The notes under the pieces are model-generated. The model made no database searches. It saw only the letters and a program-made list of their open reading frames with translations, and was not told where the DNA came from. From an uncultured Myxococcales bacterium (GTDB lineage: Bacteria > Myxococcota > B64-G9): DNA of 47,139 nucleotides. The stretch is taken from NCBI GenBank assembly GCA_964431605.1, contig CAYSLH010000005.1:1-47139 (forward strand), given 5' to 3'. Position numbers and translations under genes: made by a program. Shown piece after piece: positions 19,565 to 30,457 of this stretch (positions are counted from its first letter, which is position 1; the number at the start of each line of letters is the position of its first letter).

Positions 19565-21109
19565 TTGGGTAAACGGGCAGCATTGAATTTCACAGTAATC
19601 CTGTTTTGTGTAATAGGACTTCTGCCAATGCTGTCCATGCTCGCAAGCAGCCTGTTTGCAGATGGCAAGCTCAGCATAGATGCCTACACGGGGGTGCTCA
19701 CATCCCCTCGTCAGTGGACACTCATGGCTCACTCCATGCTCTTGTCGCTGCTGGTGTCGCTGTTTGCCACCATAATCGGTGTTCCCCTTGGCCTGGCTCT
19801 TGGAAAAACAGACCTGCCCTTTCGGAAAACATTCGCAGTGCTCTTTGCCATCCCTCTTTTGATACCACCCTATATTGTGGCCGTAGCCTGGGCTGATCTG
19901 GCAGGTGCACAAAAAATCATGGGTCTCACCGGATGCGTCCTGGTGCTATTTTCTTCCTTCCTACCCATACCCATGCTGCTGACCATGGTATTTCTGCGAA
20001 CAATAAACCCCAGGCTGGAAGAAGCCGCCCGGCTCGTATCTGGCTGGCGGGGTGTCATAAAGGGCGTCACCATGCCGATGATCCTGCCCGGGGTTCTGCT
20101 CGGGACCATGCTGGTCTTTCTGCTGACCTTCGGTGAGTTCGGGGTGCCAAACTTTCTAAGATACGATGTCTTCCCGGTGGAAAGCTTTACGCAGTTTTCC
20201 GCCTTCTATGACTTCAGGGCCGCAACTGCAGCCGCCATGCCCCTGGCTCTGGTAACCTTGCTGGTGCTCATAATCGAAGCCAGGTTTCTTAAAGACAGGA
20301 CCTATCAACCAAGACCCTTTGCAGGTTCCAAGCACCGGCCGTGCATAGAGCTGGGCAGGATGAAATTTTTCTACTTTGGCCTGGTTAGCGCTATGGCTTT
20401 GGCCCTGGTTGTCGTTCCCATGCTCGTACTGCTCATACAGTCAGAAGGTGCAGATGCCTATGTGCAGGCTCTGGAGATGGCCGGAGACAGCCTGATTCGC
20501 AGCATCATTTATGCCCTTGTGGCAGCAAGCACGCTGACCTTAGTGGGCTTCTTTACTGCCTATATCATACACAACAGAACGGTAAAGTATTGGCGAATCG
20601 TAGACTCCACGACAATTTTTCTTTTTGCCCTGCCTGCGACGGTCATGGGAATAGGGCTCATCAACCTCTGGAACACCCCCTGGACCAATTTCATCTACGG
20701 CACCGCGTTGATAATCATCCTGGGCTACCTGACGAAATACACTGCCCTAACCAGCAGGATACTGGTGACTCAATTTGCGCAGATCCCACAATCCATGCAG
20801 GAGGCCGCGCAGATCTCCGGAGCAGGGTGGATGAGAACCTTGTTTTCAATAGTCGCCCCTCTGGCCAGACGAGGCCTTTTGGCAGGTTGGCTCGTGGCTT
20901 ACATCTTTTCCCTGAGGGACACCGGCATAGTAATGCTGGTCTATCCGCCAGGACACGAGACTCTCCCGGTGCGCATATTCACATTGATGGCAAATGGTTC
21001 TTCGCAGCTGATAGCAGCCCTATGCGTGCTGATGATAGGAGCGACGCTCCTGCCGGCAGGGATACTCTGGTCCATACCCAAGCTGATGAGCAAAAGGACG
21101 GCAAGATGA
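19565..21109 (+). CDS. Iron(III)-type ABC transporter permease (FbpB-like, duplicated)
   Basis: Two EAA motifs (LEEAARLVSG, MQEAAQISGA); TTG start right after the SBP stop. Confidence 0.88.
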   Translation: MGKRAALNFTVILFCVIGLLPMLSMLASSLFADGKLSIDAYTGVLTSPRQWTLMAHSMLLSLLVSLFATIIGVPLGLALGKTDLPFRKTFAVLFAIPLLIPPYIVAVAWADLAGAQKIMGLTGCVLVLFSSFLPIPMLLTMVFLRTINPRLEEAARLVSGWRGVIKGVTMPMILPGVLLGTMLVFLLTFGEFGVPNFLRYDVFPVESFTQFSAFYDFRAATAAAMPLALVTLLVLIIEARFLKDRTYQPRPFAGSKHRPCIELGRMKFFYFGLVSAMALALVVVPMLVLLIQSEGADAYVQALEMAGDSLIRSIIYALVAASTLTLVGFFTAYIIHNRTVKYWRIVDSTTIFLFALPATVMGIGLINLWNTPWTNFIYGTALIIILGYLTKYTALTSRILVTQFAQIPQSMQEAAQISGAGWMRTLFSIVAPLARRGLLAGWLVAYIFSLRDTGIVMLVYPPGHETLPVRIFTLMANGSSQLIAALCVLMIGATLLPAGILWSIPKLMSKRTAR

Positions 21110-21771
21110 CAATCATAGAACTGGATTCGGCGTCCAAGGCCTATGCCGGACAAAAGGCTCTGTCGGATATCTCCCTGCAGATAGAACAGGGGCAGCGCGT
21201 GGTGATCCTCGGCCCATCGGGCTGCGGCAAGACGAGCATACTGAGACTCATCGCCGGATTCATTACACCTGATTCGGGCAGTGTTTCCATAACCGGCAAG
21301 CTCGTATCCAAAGATGGTCGTATACTCGTACCACCGCAGGACAGAAGACTGGGAATGGTCTTTCAGGACCTGGCCCTCTGGCCCCATCTGACAGCCAAGG
21401 GAAACCTGGAGTTCGGCCTCAAGGCAAAGGGTATTGATAAAACCGACAGAGAGCGGAAAATACACGAGACACTGGATATGGTGGGTATGAAGGATTTTTC
21501 CAGCAGAAAACCCGCCGAACTCTCAGGCGGCCAGCAGCAGCGGGTGGCCCTGGCGAGAGCACTGGTATTGGAGCCTGAGATACTCCTGATGGACGAGCCC
21601 CTGTCGAGCCTGGATCTGGAGCTGAACCAAGCGCTGCGCAAGGAGCTTGTTCGCCTTCAGGAACAACTTGGGATAACTTTGCTTTATGTAACCCACGATC
21701 GGCAAGAGGCCTCGGATATTGCAACCAGAATCGTTACCATGAAACAAGGCCGCATTGTTTCAGACGAATGA
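21106..21771 (+). CDS. ABC transporter ATP-binding protein (FbpC-like, no TOBE domain)
   Basis: GPSGCGKT, LSGGQQQR, LLMDEP, VTHD; ATGA overlap. Confidence 0.9.
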   Translation: MTIIELDSASKAYAGQKALSDISLQIEQGQRVVILGPSGCGKTSILRLIAGFITPDSGSVSITGKLVSKDGRILVPPQDRRLGMVFQDLALWPHLTAKGNLEFGLKAKGIDKTDRERKIHETLDMVGMKDFSSRKPAELSGGQQQRVALARALVLEPEILLMDEPLSSLDLELNQALRKELVRLQEQLGITLLYVTHDRQEASDIATRIVTMKQGRIVSDE

Positions 21772-21800
21772 GATCCGGCGGCCGAGTCAGGAATCCTGTC

Positions 21801-22277
21801 TCACGCCGGAACCGGCACGACCTTACGAGAAGTCGCCTGCAGATCCAGCATGACCGATTCGGTCACTCTTTTTATGGCTGCCAGCCGTTCTGAAATTTGT
21901 TGCAGCTCAGCCTGGACCTCGGCAAGCCTGAACAGGCCCTGTGCCTTGATCCGTTTTGCCACCGCTTTTCTGTGCTCCAGCTCCAGCACTGTTGCCATTT
22001 TCAGAACCCGTTTCCAAGTCCTTTCCATACGATGGATTTGTTCCAGTTCAACAACTGATGCAGGACTGGTGCCAGTGGGATTATCCAGACCACCAGGGAT
22101 GTAAACCAAGTCATCTGGGTTTTTTGCGCTGGTGGCATTCAGTGCCCTGGAAAGGTATCTACTTTGCCGGGTCAGTTCTTTTTTTATGGCATCGAGGACT
22201 TTTATTTGCCGCACGCCATTGGTCAGGGCAAAGTCGGTCCGTTCTATGGCCTCACGAGTGGAAATGGGCAAGTTCAT
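21801..22277 (-). CDS. Hypothetical helical protein
   Basis: ATG after a strong AAAGGAGG RBS; 158 aa, coiled-coil-like. Confidence 0.7.
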   Translation of the reverse strand: MNLPISTREAIERTDFALTNGVRQIKVLDAIKKELTRQSRYLSRALNATSAKNPDDLVYIPGGLDNPTGTSPASVVELEQIHRMERTWKRVLKMATVLELEHRKAVAKRIKAQGLFRLAEVQAELQQISERLAAIKRVTESVMLDLQATSRKVVPVPA

Positions 22278-22304
22278 GATTCCCTCCTTTGGGCAACCGT
22301 ATAA

Positions 22305-22321
22305 TACAATCATCATGCCAA
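22305..22321 (-). promoter_or_regulatory. Putative sigma54 -24/-12 promoter
   Basis: TTGGCATGATGATTGTA: GG-N10-GT, near the TGGCAC-N5-TTGC consensus, 28 nt before the ATG at 22277. Confidence 0.5.
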
Positions 22322-22395
22322 CGGCTTGCAGATGAACTATTCGACGGAATACTTTGAAAATTTTCACAATGTGGTCTTGTTTTACTGATGACAGA

Positions 22396-22445
22396 TGGTC
22401 AAAAAACTGTGACATCATGGCGACAGTGTCGCGGATTTTAGACCA
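22396..22445. promoter_or_regulatory. Paired inverted TGGTC-N8-GYGACA boxes, candidate enhancer-binding-protein sites
   Basis: tggtc-aaaaaact-gtgaca (22396-22414) and tgtcgc-ggatttta-gacca (22427-22445), 75-125 bp upstream of the sigma54-like site. Confidence 0.4.
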
Positions 22446-22473
22446 TGAGAGCTTTTAGGATTATAATCCGGAC

Positions 22474-22905
22474 ATGAGATTGCTGGGTGTGGATTTTGGA
22501 ACCAAAAGAATAGGCGTTGCCATCAGTGAAGGATGTGGATGGATGGCTAGGGGCTTGACTACCATCGTCAGGAAGGGAGGATCCAGGGATCTAGCTGCCG
22601 TTGCGAAACTTGCAGCGGAGCATGATGTGCAAGCCGTGGTGATCGGCCTTCCGTTGAACATGGATGGAACGGAAGGAAGAATGGCCAGGTTGGCCAGGGA
22701 TTTTGCTGAAAAGCTTCATTCAAGTCATGGGCTTGTGGTGCATTTATTCGATGAGAGATTGTCATCGTTCGAGGCCGACATAGTAATGGAATCCGCCGAT
22801 GTCAAACGATCTCGTCGCAGGCAAATCCGTGACCAGGTCGCAGCGGCCATCATCCTGGAGGGCTGGATGAAGCTCAATGCCAACGAATGGGAGCGTGACT
22901 CGTGA
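22474..22905 (+). CDS. ruvX: RuvX/YqgF pre-16S rRNA nuclease
   Basis: LGVDFGTKRIGVA, GLPLNMDG, DERLSS, D.VAAAIILE. Confidence 0.95.
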   Translation: MRLLGVDFGTKRIGVAISEGCGWMARGLTTIVRKGGSRDLAAVAKLAAEHDVQAVVIGLPLNMDGTEGRMARLARDFAEKLHSSHGLVVHLFDERLSSFEADIVMESADVKRSRRRQIRDQVAAAIILEGWMKLNANEWERDS

Positions 22906-23918
22906 GGGGTGGTTGGTTGATTGCACTGGGGGGGGTTATGTGCCTGCTGGGTTCAGTTTGCTGGATAGGAGGGCATGCCTTGTACGGCTGGGCACGAACA
23001 CCACTCCGAAACAAGGCTTCGGCAATTTCCGTGGAGATCCCGCTTGGTGCGGATTTGAAAACTGTGACCGAGAGTTTGTTCAAGAATCGAATCATCGAAC
23101 ATCCTGATCTTTTCTATCATTGGGTACGTTGGGTCATGGATGCCGGGGATGATTTGAAGTGGGGGCAGTTGGAGTTTCGTGGCGACATGACACCCCTGGA
23201 AGTTTTGAGAGTGCTGAGAAAAGGCACCCCTGTGATCCATTGGCTAAATATTCCACCAGGACTTCGTCTGGAACAGGTAGCTGCAGTCTTAGAGGATTCG
23301 GATTTGGCAATCAGGGGCGACCTGTTACAAATTGCCACCGATGAACAATTCGTGAAATCCTTGGGAATCAAGTCATCGAGCCTCGAGGGATACTTGGCCC
23401 CAGGTAACTACGGCCTGGCTCGTCACCTGAACGCCGAGACAGTGCTGAAACTCATGGTGGCCAGGCGCTATGCTAACTGGAGCATCGAGCGGCGCAAAAG
23501 AGCACAGGCCCTTCGCACGAATCTACACAAAGTGCTGACCTTGGCTTCCATCATCGAGGCCGAGACCACGATTGATGGCGAAAGGGAAAAGATTGCTGCA
23601 GTTTTTTACAACAGGATCATACATGATTGGAAGCTCTGTAGTGACGCCACGGCAGCATATGCTGAAAAAATCGCCAAGGGAAGATTCGACGGTCTGGTGG
23701 ATGATGATGACCGAACAAGGGAAAATCCATACAACACATGGGTAAACAGGGGCCTACCCCCTGGGCCCATTTGTTCTCCATCACAAGCATCCATCAATGC
23801 TGCCTTGTGGCCGCCGAGCACCTCAGCCATGTACTTTGTTCCCATGGTCGGGCGGGACAAGGGTCATCGTTTCTGTCCGGATCTGTTGTGCGCGCTTGGG
23901 AGAAGTGCCAAAAAGTGA
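22902..23918 (+). CDS. mltG: Endolytic transglycosylase MltG
   Basis: SLEGYL.P, LASIIEAE, NPYNT...GLPPGPICSP. Confidence 0.9.
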   Translation: MRGGWLIALGGVMCLLGSVCWIGGHALYGWARTPLRNKASAISVEIPLGADLKTVTESLFKNRIIEHPDLFYHWVRWVMDAGDDLKWGQLEFRGDMTPLEVLRVLRKGTPVIHWLNIPPGLRLEQVAAVLEDSDLAIRGDLLQIATDEQFVKSLGIKSSSLEGYLAPGNYGLARHLNAETVLKLMVARRYANWSIERRKRAQALRTNLHKVLTLASIIEAETTIDGEREKIAAVFYNRIIHDWKLCSDATAAYAEKIAKGRFDGLVDDDDRTRENPYNTWVNRGLPPGPICSPSQASINAALWPPSTSAMYFVPMVGRDKGHRFCPDLLCALGRSAKK

Positions 23919-23938
23919 CACAAACAAAGGGAGAATAC

Positions 23939-24733
23939 TTGGATACGGTGATACATATCGATGGAGTGTACAAATCCTTTGCACAACCCCGGTCCCTTTC
24001 CGAGATTATGCTCCATCCTTTTTCACGCAGGCGTATCCATGTTTTGCGAGGGGTGAATTTACGGATACAACAAGGAGTTTTATTAGGACTACTCGGTTAC
24101 AATGGCGCAGGCAAGACTACCTTGCTCAGGTTGCTTTCAGCTACCGTGTCCCCTGACAAGGGAGTGGTGAAAGTTCTGGGCGAGGACGCCACGAAGAGGC
24201 CGGAACTCGTACACAAAAACCTGGGTGTCGTGCTGGATGACGAGAGGAGCTTTTACTGGCGCTTGACCGCCAGGCAGAATCTTCGGTTCTTTGCATCCAT
24301 GTACAACCTGACCAACCGCGAGGCAAAAAAAAGGATAGAGGTTCTTGCGGACTTGCTGGACCTGGGGTCTGAACTGGACAAGTCCTTTCGAAATTTATCC
24401 ACAGGCTGGCGCCACAGGTTGGCCCTTGCCAGGGCCATGCTTCACGATCCTAAGGTGCTCATACTCGATGAGCCGACCAGGGGCATGGACCCTAAGGCGG
24501 CCATGAGAGTTAGGTCTCTGGTGGCGAGCCGGCTGGTGGCAGAACAGGGAAAAACCGTGGTGATGGCCACACACGATCTCGAGACCATCGAACATTGGTG
24601 TCACAGGTTGGCGCTGCTGGACAATGGCAGAATCTCCATCGAAGGCCCGGTAGAAGAATGCATCGACGAAGTCAGGTCAATGTTTGGATTGCATCATGAT
24701 CCACTGGCCGAAGACAGTGTGGACGGGGAGTGA
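23939..24733 (+). CDS. ABC-2 type exporter ATP-binding protein
   Basis: GYNGAGKTT, LSTG, LILDEPT, ATHD. Confidence 0.88.
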   Translation: MDTVIHIDGVYKSFAQPRSLSEIMLHPFSRRRIHVLRGVNLRIQQGVLLGLLGYNGAGKTTLLRLLSATVSPDKGVVKVLGEDATKRPELVHKNLGVVLDDERSFYWRLTARQNLRFFASMYNLTNREAKKRIEVLADLLDLGSELDKSFRNLSTGWRHRLALARAMLHDPKVLILDEPTRGMDPKAAMRVRSLVASRLVAEQGKTVVMATHDLETIEHWCHRLALLDNGRISIEGPVEECIDEVRSMFGLHHDPLAEDSVDGE

Positions 24734-24737
24734 CACG

Positions 24738-25550
24738 ATGCTCATTCTTCGCAAATGTTGGGCTTTCGTGGTCAAGGATTTCAGGACGGACGTATCATAT
24801 CGGCTTGCGTTTGCGGGACAGATTCTGTTTACGTTCTTCATGGTGGCCTCTTTTTATTTCTTTGCCAGGATGATAGGTCAAAGCACCATACCAAGCCTGG
24901 CTCCATACGGTGGTGAATATTTTCCCTTTGTGTTGGTGGGTGTGGCTTTCTCTTCGTACCTGGACGTATCCATCAGGTCGTTTGCGGACACCATAAGGTC
25001 CGCACAGGTGCTGGGTACTTTGGAGGCGCTGATCACCACACCCACATCTCCGTGGCAGATCGTGCTTTTGAGCACCGTGTACTCCTTTGTGTCTACGTCC
25101 CTGCGAGTAGTGCTTACTTTGGCAATCGGTGTTTTCGTGTTCGATGTCAATTTCACCAACTCAAACTGGCCGGGAGCTTTGCTGGTGCTTGCACTGAGCA
25201 TCGTGTGTTTTTCCTTTCTGGGAATAATGTCAGCCAGCGCAGTACTCGCGTTCAAACGTGCCGATCCGTCAGGCTGGATGGTGCAGGGACTAAGCTACCT
25301 GCTGGGAGGAGTTTACTATCCCATTTCAGTGCTTCCCGGTTGGATTCAGATAGTAGCCCAAGCTTTGCCCATAACCCATTCCTTGGAAGCCATGAGAAAA
25401 ACGTTGTTGATGGGAGCAAGTCTCGACCAAGTGCTGCCTTCCCTTTTGGGCCTGCTGGTATTTGCCCTGGTGGCCGGCCCCACATCCATTGTATTGTTTT
25501 GGCTCGCGCTCAAAAGGGTCCGGCGAGAAGGAAGCTTAGGTCATTTCTAG
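24738..25550 (+). CDS. ABC-2 type exporter permease
   Basis: About 6 TM segments; GTLEAL, GVYYPISVLPGW, P.TH.LEAMR. Confidence 0.88.
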   Translation: MLILRKCWAFVVKDFRTDVSYRLAFAGQILFTFFMVASFYFFARMIGQSTIPSLAPYGGEYFPFVLVGVAFSSYLDVSIRSFADTIRSAQVLGTLEALITTPTSPWQIVLLSTVYSFVSTSLRVVLTLAIGVFVFDVNFTNSNWPGALLVLALSIVCFSFLGIMSASAVLAFKRADPSGWMVQGLSYLLGGVYYPISVLPGWIQIVAQALPITHSLEAMRKTLLMGASLDQVLPSLLGLLVFALVAGPTSIVLFWLALKRVRREGSLGHF

Positions 25551-26005
25551 CTTGTCTCCAGGGCCTTGAGCCTATTGTCGATGACCTTCATGAGATCCCC
25601 CATTTTTTTTACAGCCTTTTCAAGGGACCGAATCCTTTTGTCTGCCAGATTCTCTTGCGGAGATTGTTCCTGTGATTGTTCCTGGGGTTCCGTCTCTGAG
25701 GCGGAAAGATTGAGACTGCCGGGGATGGGTATCCACGAATTTTCCCGCATTTCAAATTCCGCCGTGGTATCAGACGCCTCGGGATATTTTTTCAGAAGCA
25801 TCCTGGTTTGTTTTATGAGCCTGTCATCCATATTCATGGATTCCATGGTGGTGAGTATCGTATCGCTGCCTTTCACGATATAGTCCATGGGCCTGAAGAT
25901 GGAATCAGCAACAGTTACAAGCTCTTCCACGGTCATGCTCCAGGCCTTAGCCCTGAGCGAAAGTAGCTTGGGTCGTGCATTTTCCAGTCGATGTTCCACG
26001 GACAT
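25547..26005 (-). CDS. Hypothetical protein with C-terminal coiled coil
   Basis: 152-aa ORF with GGAGG RBS. Confidence 0.7.
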   Translation of the reverse strand: MSVEHRLENARPKLLSLRAKAWSMTVEELVTVADSIFRPMDYIVKGSDTILTTMESMNMDDRLIKQTRMLLKKYPEASDTTAEFEMRENSWIPIPGSLNLSASETEPQEQSQEQSPQENLADKRIRSLEKAVKKMGDLMKVIDNRLKALETS

Positions 26006-26073
26006 CCTCCGACGGTCATGAACCTGTCAGAATATCGGCACAATGCATGGAATATGAAGCGAGGGGGTGTAAG

Positions 26074-27090
26074 CTATACCATTCTCATCCTCAATTCGGC
26101 ACAGATTTCCTCCAGTTGTTCATCGGTCGCTTTGGCCACAGAGACCTGACGCGAAATGTCTCTATTGACGCGGGGAACGAGGAAATCATCCAAAGAGCCC
26201 ATCCATCCACTTCTCCGTGCCAGGATAAACGTCCAGCGCTGTTGCCTGTCCAAGCCCAACAACCTGTCACATACAGAGACTAGGGAAGGCAGGTCTCGTG
26301 GGATATCTCCTCGGATTTCCATGAGAAGATTGAGGATGTGATCACTTTCGATCCTGGTCTCTGCACGCCTTAGTTTATCCAGAAACAGCCTCGTCTCTTT
26401 TATCAAACCCAATTCAGTACAGGGAATGAACTTGCCTTGCTTTACTAGATCCGCCAAGGGCGTACCGGGAATAACAGCCGTGCTCCTGAGCCTGGTAAAA
26501 TCTGGATTGATGGCACATATTGCGCTGGCCGTGTCTTCGGCATGTCGTTCCCATAGGGCTTTTCCGCCAAGGCCTGGCATTACATATTCACTCAACTCGA
26601 ACCCAGCCTGCTTGGCTTTTTGTCCAGCCTCGATCTGCTCTGCTCGGCTGACACCCTTTTTTACGAGTGAAAGCACCTGGTCACAACCTGATTCCATGCC
26701 CACGTGAAGTCTGTCCAGGCCGGCCTCGTGGAGCATCTCCAATTCTGACAAGGATCGTCTCACCAAGGTTCTCGACCGTGCATAAGCGGTGATTCTTTCA
26801 ACGGCTGGAAATCTCTCCCTGACACCTTTGACTATTTGGACCAGGACTTCGGGCTTTGAGATCAACGGGTTTGCATCCTGCAAAAACACAGTCTTCGGAC
26901 GGTCTCCGTAGATCTCCCTCATGGCGTCCAGATCGCTTAGAACCTCATCGACTCCTCGTCTCGACGGTTTCTTTCCTTTGTATACGGGGCAAAACGCGCA
27001 CTGGTTCCATGAACAATTGCGACTGACCCTCACAAGCATGCTGCCTGCTTCCGATGGTGGCCTGATGGGTCCTTGTTCAAAATCTTTCAT
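26074..27090 (-). CDS. Radical SAM protein
   Basis: RPPSEA; CSWNQCAFC cluster motif; GMESG; SDHILN. Confidence 0.9.
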   Translation of the reverse strand: MKDFEQGPIRPPSEAGSMLVRVSRNCSWNQCAFCPVYKGKKPSRRGVDEVLSDLDAMREIYGDRPKTVFLQDANPLISKPEVLVQIVKGVRERFPAVERITAYARSRTLVRRSLSELEMLHEAGLDRLHVGMESGCDQVLSLVKKGVSRAEQIEAGQKAKQAGFELSEYVMPGLGGKALWERHAEDTASAICAINPDFTRLRSTAVIPGTPLADLVKQGKFIPCTELGLIKETRLFLDKLRRAETRIESDHILNLLMEIRGDIPRDLPSLVSVCDRLLGLDRQQRWTFILARRSGWMGSLDDFLVPRVNRDISRQVSVAKATDEQLEEICAELRMRMV

Positions 27091-27258
27091 GTCTAAAACA
27101 ATATCGGGATACGAAATACCATTGTCAAATCTCCTGCAGAAAATATTTTGAAATTAAATCCTTGCCCTTTGTTGGATATTGTTTGATTTCTGATATGATC
27201 ACAGAGTGACTACTATCAGGGGCTAGGTGATCGATGGCCCCGGGAGGTCTATTTCAAA

Positions 27259-29301
27259 ATGCCGGACGGATCGAAACTACTGTCTTTCATCGGTGGGTTG
27301 CAGGACCGGGATCTTTACCAGTCTTTGCATTGGCAGGGATCTTTTGAGGACTATCTTGGCCTGGTAGCCGACAATCCCAGGGTCCTGAGAACCGCGTATC
27401 AAAGACTTTATGACATGGTCTTGTCATACGGTACAGAGGAATACGTGGACTCAAAGAAAAAGATAGTTCGATATAATTTCTTTACGGGCGCACTGGGTGA
27501 TGAGGCTATCTATGGATTGGACATTCCCCTAATGCGCCTTGTGAATGTCTTCAAGTCCGCGGCAAGATTTTATGGAACAGAGCGTCGCGTGCTTTTGTTG
27601 CATGGTCCGGTGGGCTCGTCCAAGTCCACTATTGTTCGCATGCTCAAGGAAGGACTGGAAAAATACAGTAGATCCGACGAGGGTGCCTTGTACACCTATT
27701 CGTGGAAGCTAGGTGTTACGGATGAATACACTCCATGTCCCATGAACGAAGAGCCGTTCAAGCTTATCCCGCCCGAGCAAAGAGCAAAGGTTTTGGACAA
27801 GCTGGGCATTGACGAGAGGGAACTCGATCATCCCATACCTGACTTTGGTGATTTGTGCCCCTTTTGCCGCTTTACTTACCAGGACTTGCTAAAGAAGTAC
27901 AAGGGAGACTGGGAAAAAGTCATTGGACACGTGAGGGTCAATAGACTCGTGCTGAGTGAAAAGGACCGTATCGGTATTGGCACATTCCAACCCAAAGACG
28001 AGAAAAACCAGGATTCCACCGAGCTTACCGGAGACATCAACTACAGGAAGATTGCCGAGTATGGCTCTGACTCGGATCCCAGGGCTTTCAATTTCGATGG
28101 AGAGTTCAACATTGCAAACCGTGGACTGATAGAGTTCATCGAAATTTTGAAACTGGACGTGGCATTTCTTTATGACCTGCTTGGCGCCACCCAGGAACAT
28201 CTCATAAAACCGAAGAAATTCGCCCAGACTCACATCGACGAAGTGATCATCGGCCATACCAACGAAGCTGAATACAGAAAGTTACTGAACAACGAGTTCA
28301 TGGAGGCATTGAGGGATCGTACAGTCAAGATTGATATTCCATATATAACCAAGGCTACTGAAGAGGTTCGCATTTACCAGAAGGACTATAACGAAAAAAA
28401 GATTCCGGACAAGCACATCGCTCCGCATACTCTGGAAATGGCCGCGGCGTGGGCTGTTCTCACTCGCCTCGAAGAGCCAAAGAAACACAACCTCACCCGT
28501 TTGCAAAAACTGAAGTTGTATGACGGGAAAAATCTCACGGGATTTACCGAAGACAACATAAAGGAGTTGCGCAAGGAGACCGAACGGGAGGGCATGGACG
28601 GAATAAGCCCCCGTTATGTTCAAGACAAGATCTCCAATGCCTTGGTGTCTGAAAAGGGAGAGGGTTGCATCAATCCATTCCTGGTATTGAACGAACTAGA
28701 GGCAGGACTCAAGAGTCACACCCTCATCACAAGTGATGAAGCCAGGAAGACATACAAGGAGCTGATGACCGTCATCAAGCAGGAATACGAAGACGTGGTA
28801 AAAAATGAGGTGCAGCGTGCCATCTCTGCGGACGAAGAAGCCATAACCAAGCTTTGCGCAAACTACATCGACAACATCAAGGCATACACCCAAAAGGAAA
28901 AAGTGCGCAACAAATACACCGGACAATACGAGGAAGCCGACGAGCGGCTCATGAGATCCATAGAGGAAAAAATAGGAATCCCTGAAAGCCAAAAGGATGA
29001 TTTCAGAACAGTCTTGATGAATCGTATAGGTGCCCTGGCAGTAGAGGGAAAGACATTTGATTACAGAGCCAACGAGAGGCTCCAGAAGGCGCTGGAATTG
29101 AAATTGTTCGAAGATCAGAAAGACTCCATCAAGTTATCCAGCCTGGTCAGCTCAGTGGTGGACAAGGAGACTCAGGAAAAAATAGACGTGGTAAAACAGA
29201 GGCTCATAAGCAATCACGGCTATTGCGAGATATGTGCAACTGATGTTCTCAGCTATGTCTCGTCCATCTTCGCACGTGGAGACGCCAAGGACGGGGAGTG
29301 A
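27259..29301 (+). CDS. prkA: PrkA/YeaG family AAA+ ATPase / serine protein kinase
   Basis: [36 protein letters not shown]. Confidence 0.95.
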   Translation: MPDGSKLLSFIGGLQDRDLYQSLHWQGSFEDYLGLVADNPRVLRTAYQRLYDMVLSYGTEEYVDSKKKIVRYNFFTGALGDEAIYGLDIPLMRLVNVFKSAARFYGTERRVLLLHGPVGSSKSTIVRMLKEGLEKYSRSDEGALYTYSWKLGVTDEYTPCPMNEEPFKLIPPEQRAKVLDKLGIDERELDHPIPDFGDLCPFCRFTYQDLLKKYKGDWEKVIGHVRVNRLVLSEKDRIGIGTFQPKDEKNQDSTELTGDINYRKIAEYGSDSDPRAFNFDGEFNIANRGLIEFIEILKLDVAFLYDLLGATQEHLIKPKKFAQTHIDEVIIGHTNEAEYRKLLNNEFMEALRDRTVKIDIPYITKATEEVRIYQKDYNEKKIPDKHIAPHTLEMAAAWAVLTRLEEPKKHNLTRLQKLKLYDGKNLTGFTEDNIKELRKETEREGMDGISPRYVQDKISNALVSEKGEGCINPFLVLNELEAGLKSHTLITSDEARKTYKELMTVIKQEYEDVVKNEVQRAISADEEAITKLCANYIDNIKAYTQKEKVRNKYTGQYEEADERLMRSIEEKIGIPESQKDDFRTVLMNRIGALAVEGKTFDYRANERLQKALELKLFEDQKDSIKLSSLVSSVVDKETQEKIDVVKQRLISNHGYCEICATDVLSYVSSIFARGDAKDGE

Positions 29302-29347
29302 CTCCCAGGCTGTTGTTGATCGGCGTCCTTGGCAGGAAGGCTGCGCC

Positions 29348-30457
29348 ATGACCCAGAAGATCGATGCAGATCATGCCAGGTTCAGACACATCGTTCGTGG
29401 CAAGGTCAAAGAAAACCTCAAGCGCTACATGAGTCAAGGTGAGATCTTTGGCAAAAAGGGTAAGGACATAGTCTCGGTCCCACTTCCCCAGATCCAGTTA
29501 CCCCGCTTTAGATATGGCAGCAAGGACAAGGGCGGTGTCGGCCATGGAGACGGCGAAATAGGCGACCCTGTGGCCCCGGGTGACGGCGAGCAGGGACAGG
29601 GACAAGCAGGAAAAGATCCCGGCCAGCACGCCATGGAGGTGGATGTAACCATAGACGAGTTGGCGGAGATCCTCGGCGAAGAACTCGAGTTGCCGAGGAT
29701 AGAGCCTCGCGGACAGCACAAGCTGGAAGCGGAAAAATCTCGCTACACAGGCATTCACAAGGTTGGTCCCGAATCGCTGCGACATTTCAAACGAACGTAC
29801 AAGGCTGCACTGAAACGTCAGATTTCGCTGGGGGCATACAACCCTGAAAATCCCATCGTCATACCCATCAGAGACGATATGAGATACAGGTCATGGCGTA
29901 CATCCTGGATTCCCGAATCCAACGCCGTGATTATCTACATGATGGATGTCTCAGGGTCCATGGGTGAGGAACAAAAACTCATCGTGAGAATCGAATCCTT
30001 CTGGATAGACACTTGGCTGCAAAGTCAGTACCAAGGGCTCGAGGTTCGCTATATAACCCACGATGCCGCGGCCAGAGAGGTGGACCGGGATACTTTTTTT
30101 CACACACGTGAAAGCGGTGGGACCATGATATCGTCTGCATATCAGTTGTGTGCCGATATGATTTCGTCTGACTATCCTTCCGGAGATTGGAATATCTATC
30201 CTTTTCATTTTTCCGATGGTGACAATTGGTCCAATGATGACACCAGGTTGAGCGTCGATCTGTTGAAAACACGAATCATACCTCACTCGAACCAGTTTGG
30301 ATACGGGCAGGTTGAGAGCCCATATGGCTCGGGCCAATTCATCAAGGATTTGCGGGAATCTTTTGGCGAAGAGGAAGAAAAGTTGGTGTTGAGCGAGATC
30401 CCGGATCGAGACGCTATTATTGGCTCCATCAAGGAATTTCTCGGCAAAGGGAGGTGA
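29348..30457 (+). CDS. YhbH/YeaH (DUF444) vWA-like protein
   Basis: [25 protein letters not shown]; operon with prkA and spoVR. Confidence 0.92.
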   Translation: MTQKIDADHARFRHIVRGKVKENLKRYMSQGEIFGKKGKDIVSVPLPQIQLPRFRYGSKDKGGVGHGDGEIGDPVAPGDGEQGQGQAGKDPGQHAMEVDVTIDELAEILGEELELPRIEPRGQHKLEAEKSRYTGIHKVGPESLRHFKRTYKAALKRQISLGAYNPENPIVIPIRDDMRYRSWRTSWIPESNAVIIYMMDVSGSMGEEQKLIVRIESFWIDTWLQSQYQGLEVRYITHDAAAREVDRDTFFHTRESGGTMISSAYQLCADMISSDYPSGDWNIYPFHFSDGDNWSNDDTRLSVDLLKTRIIPHSNQFGYGQVESPYGSGQFIKDLRESFGEEEEKLVLSEIPDRDAIIGSIKEFLGKGR

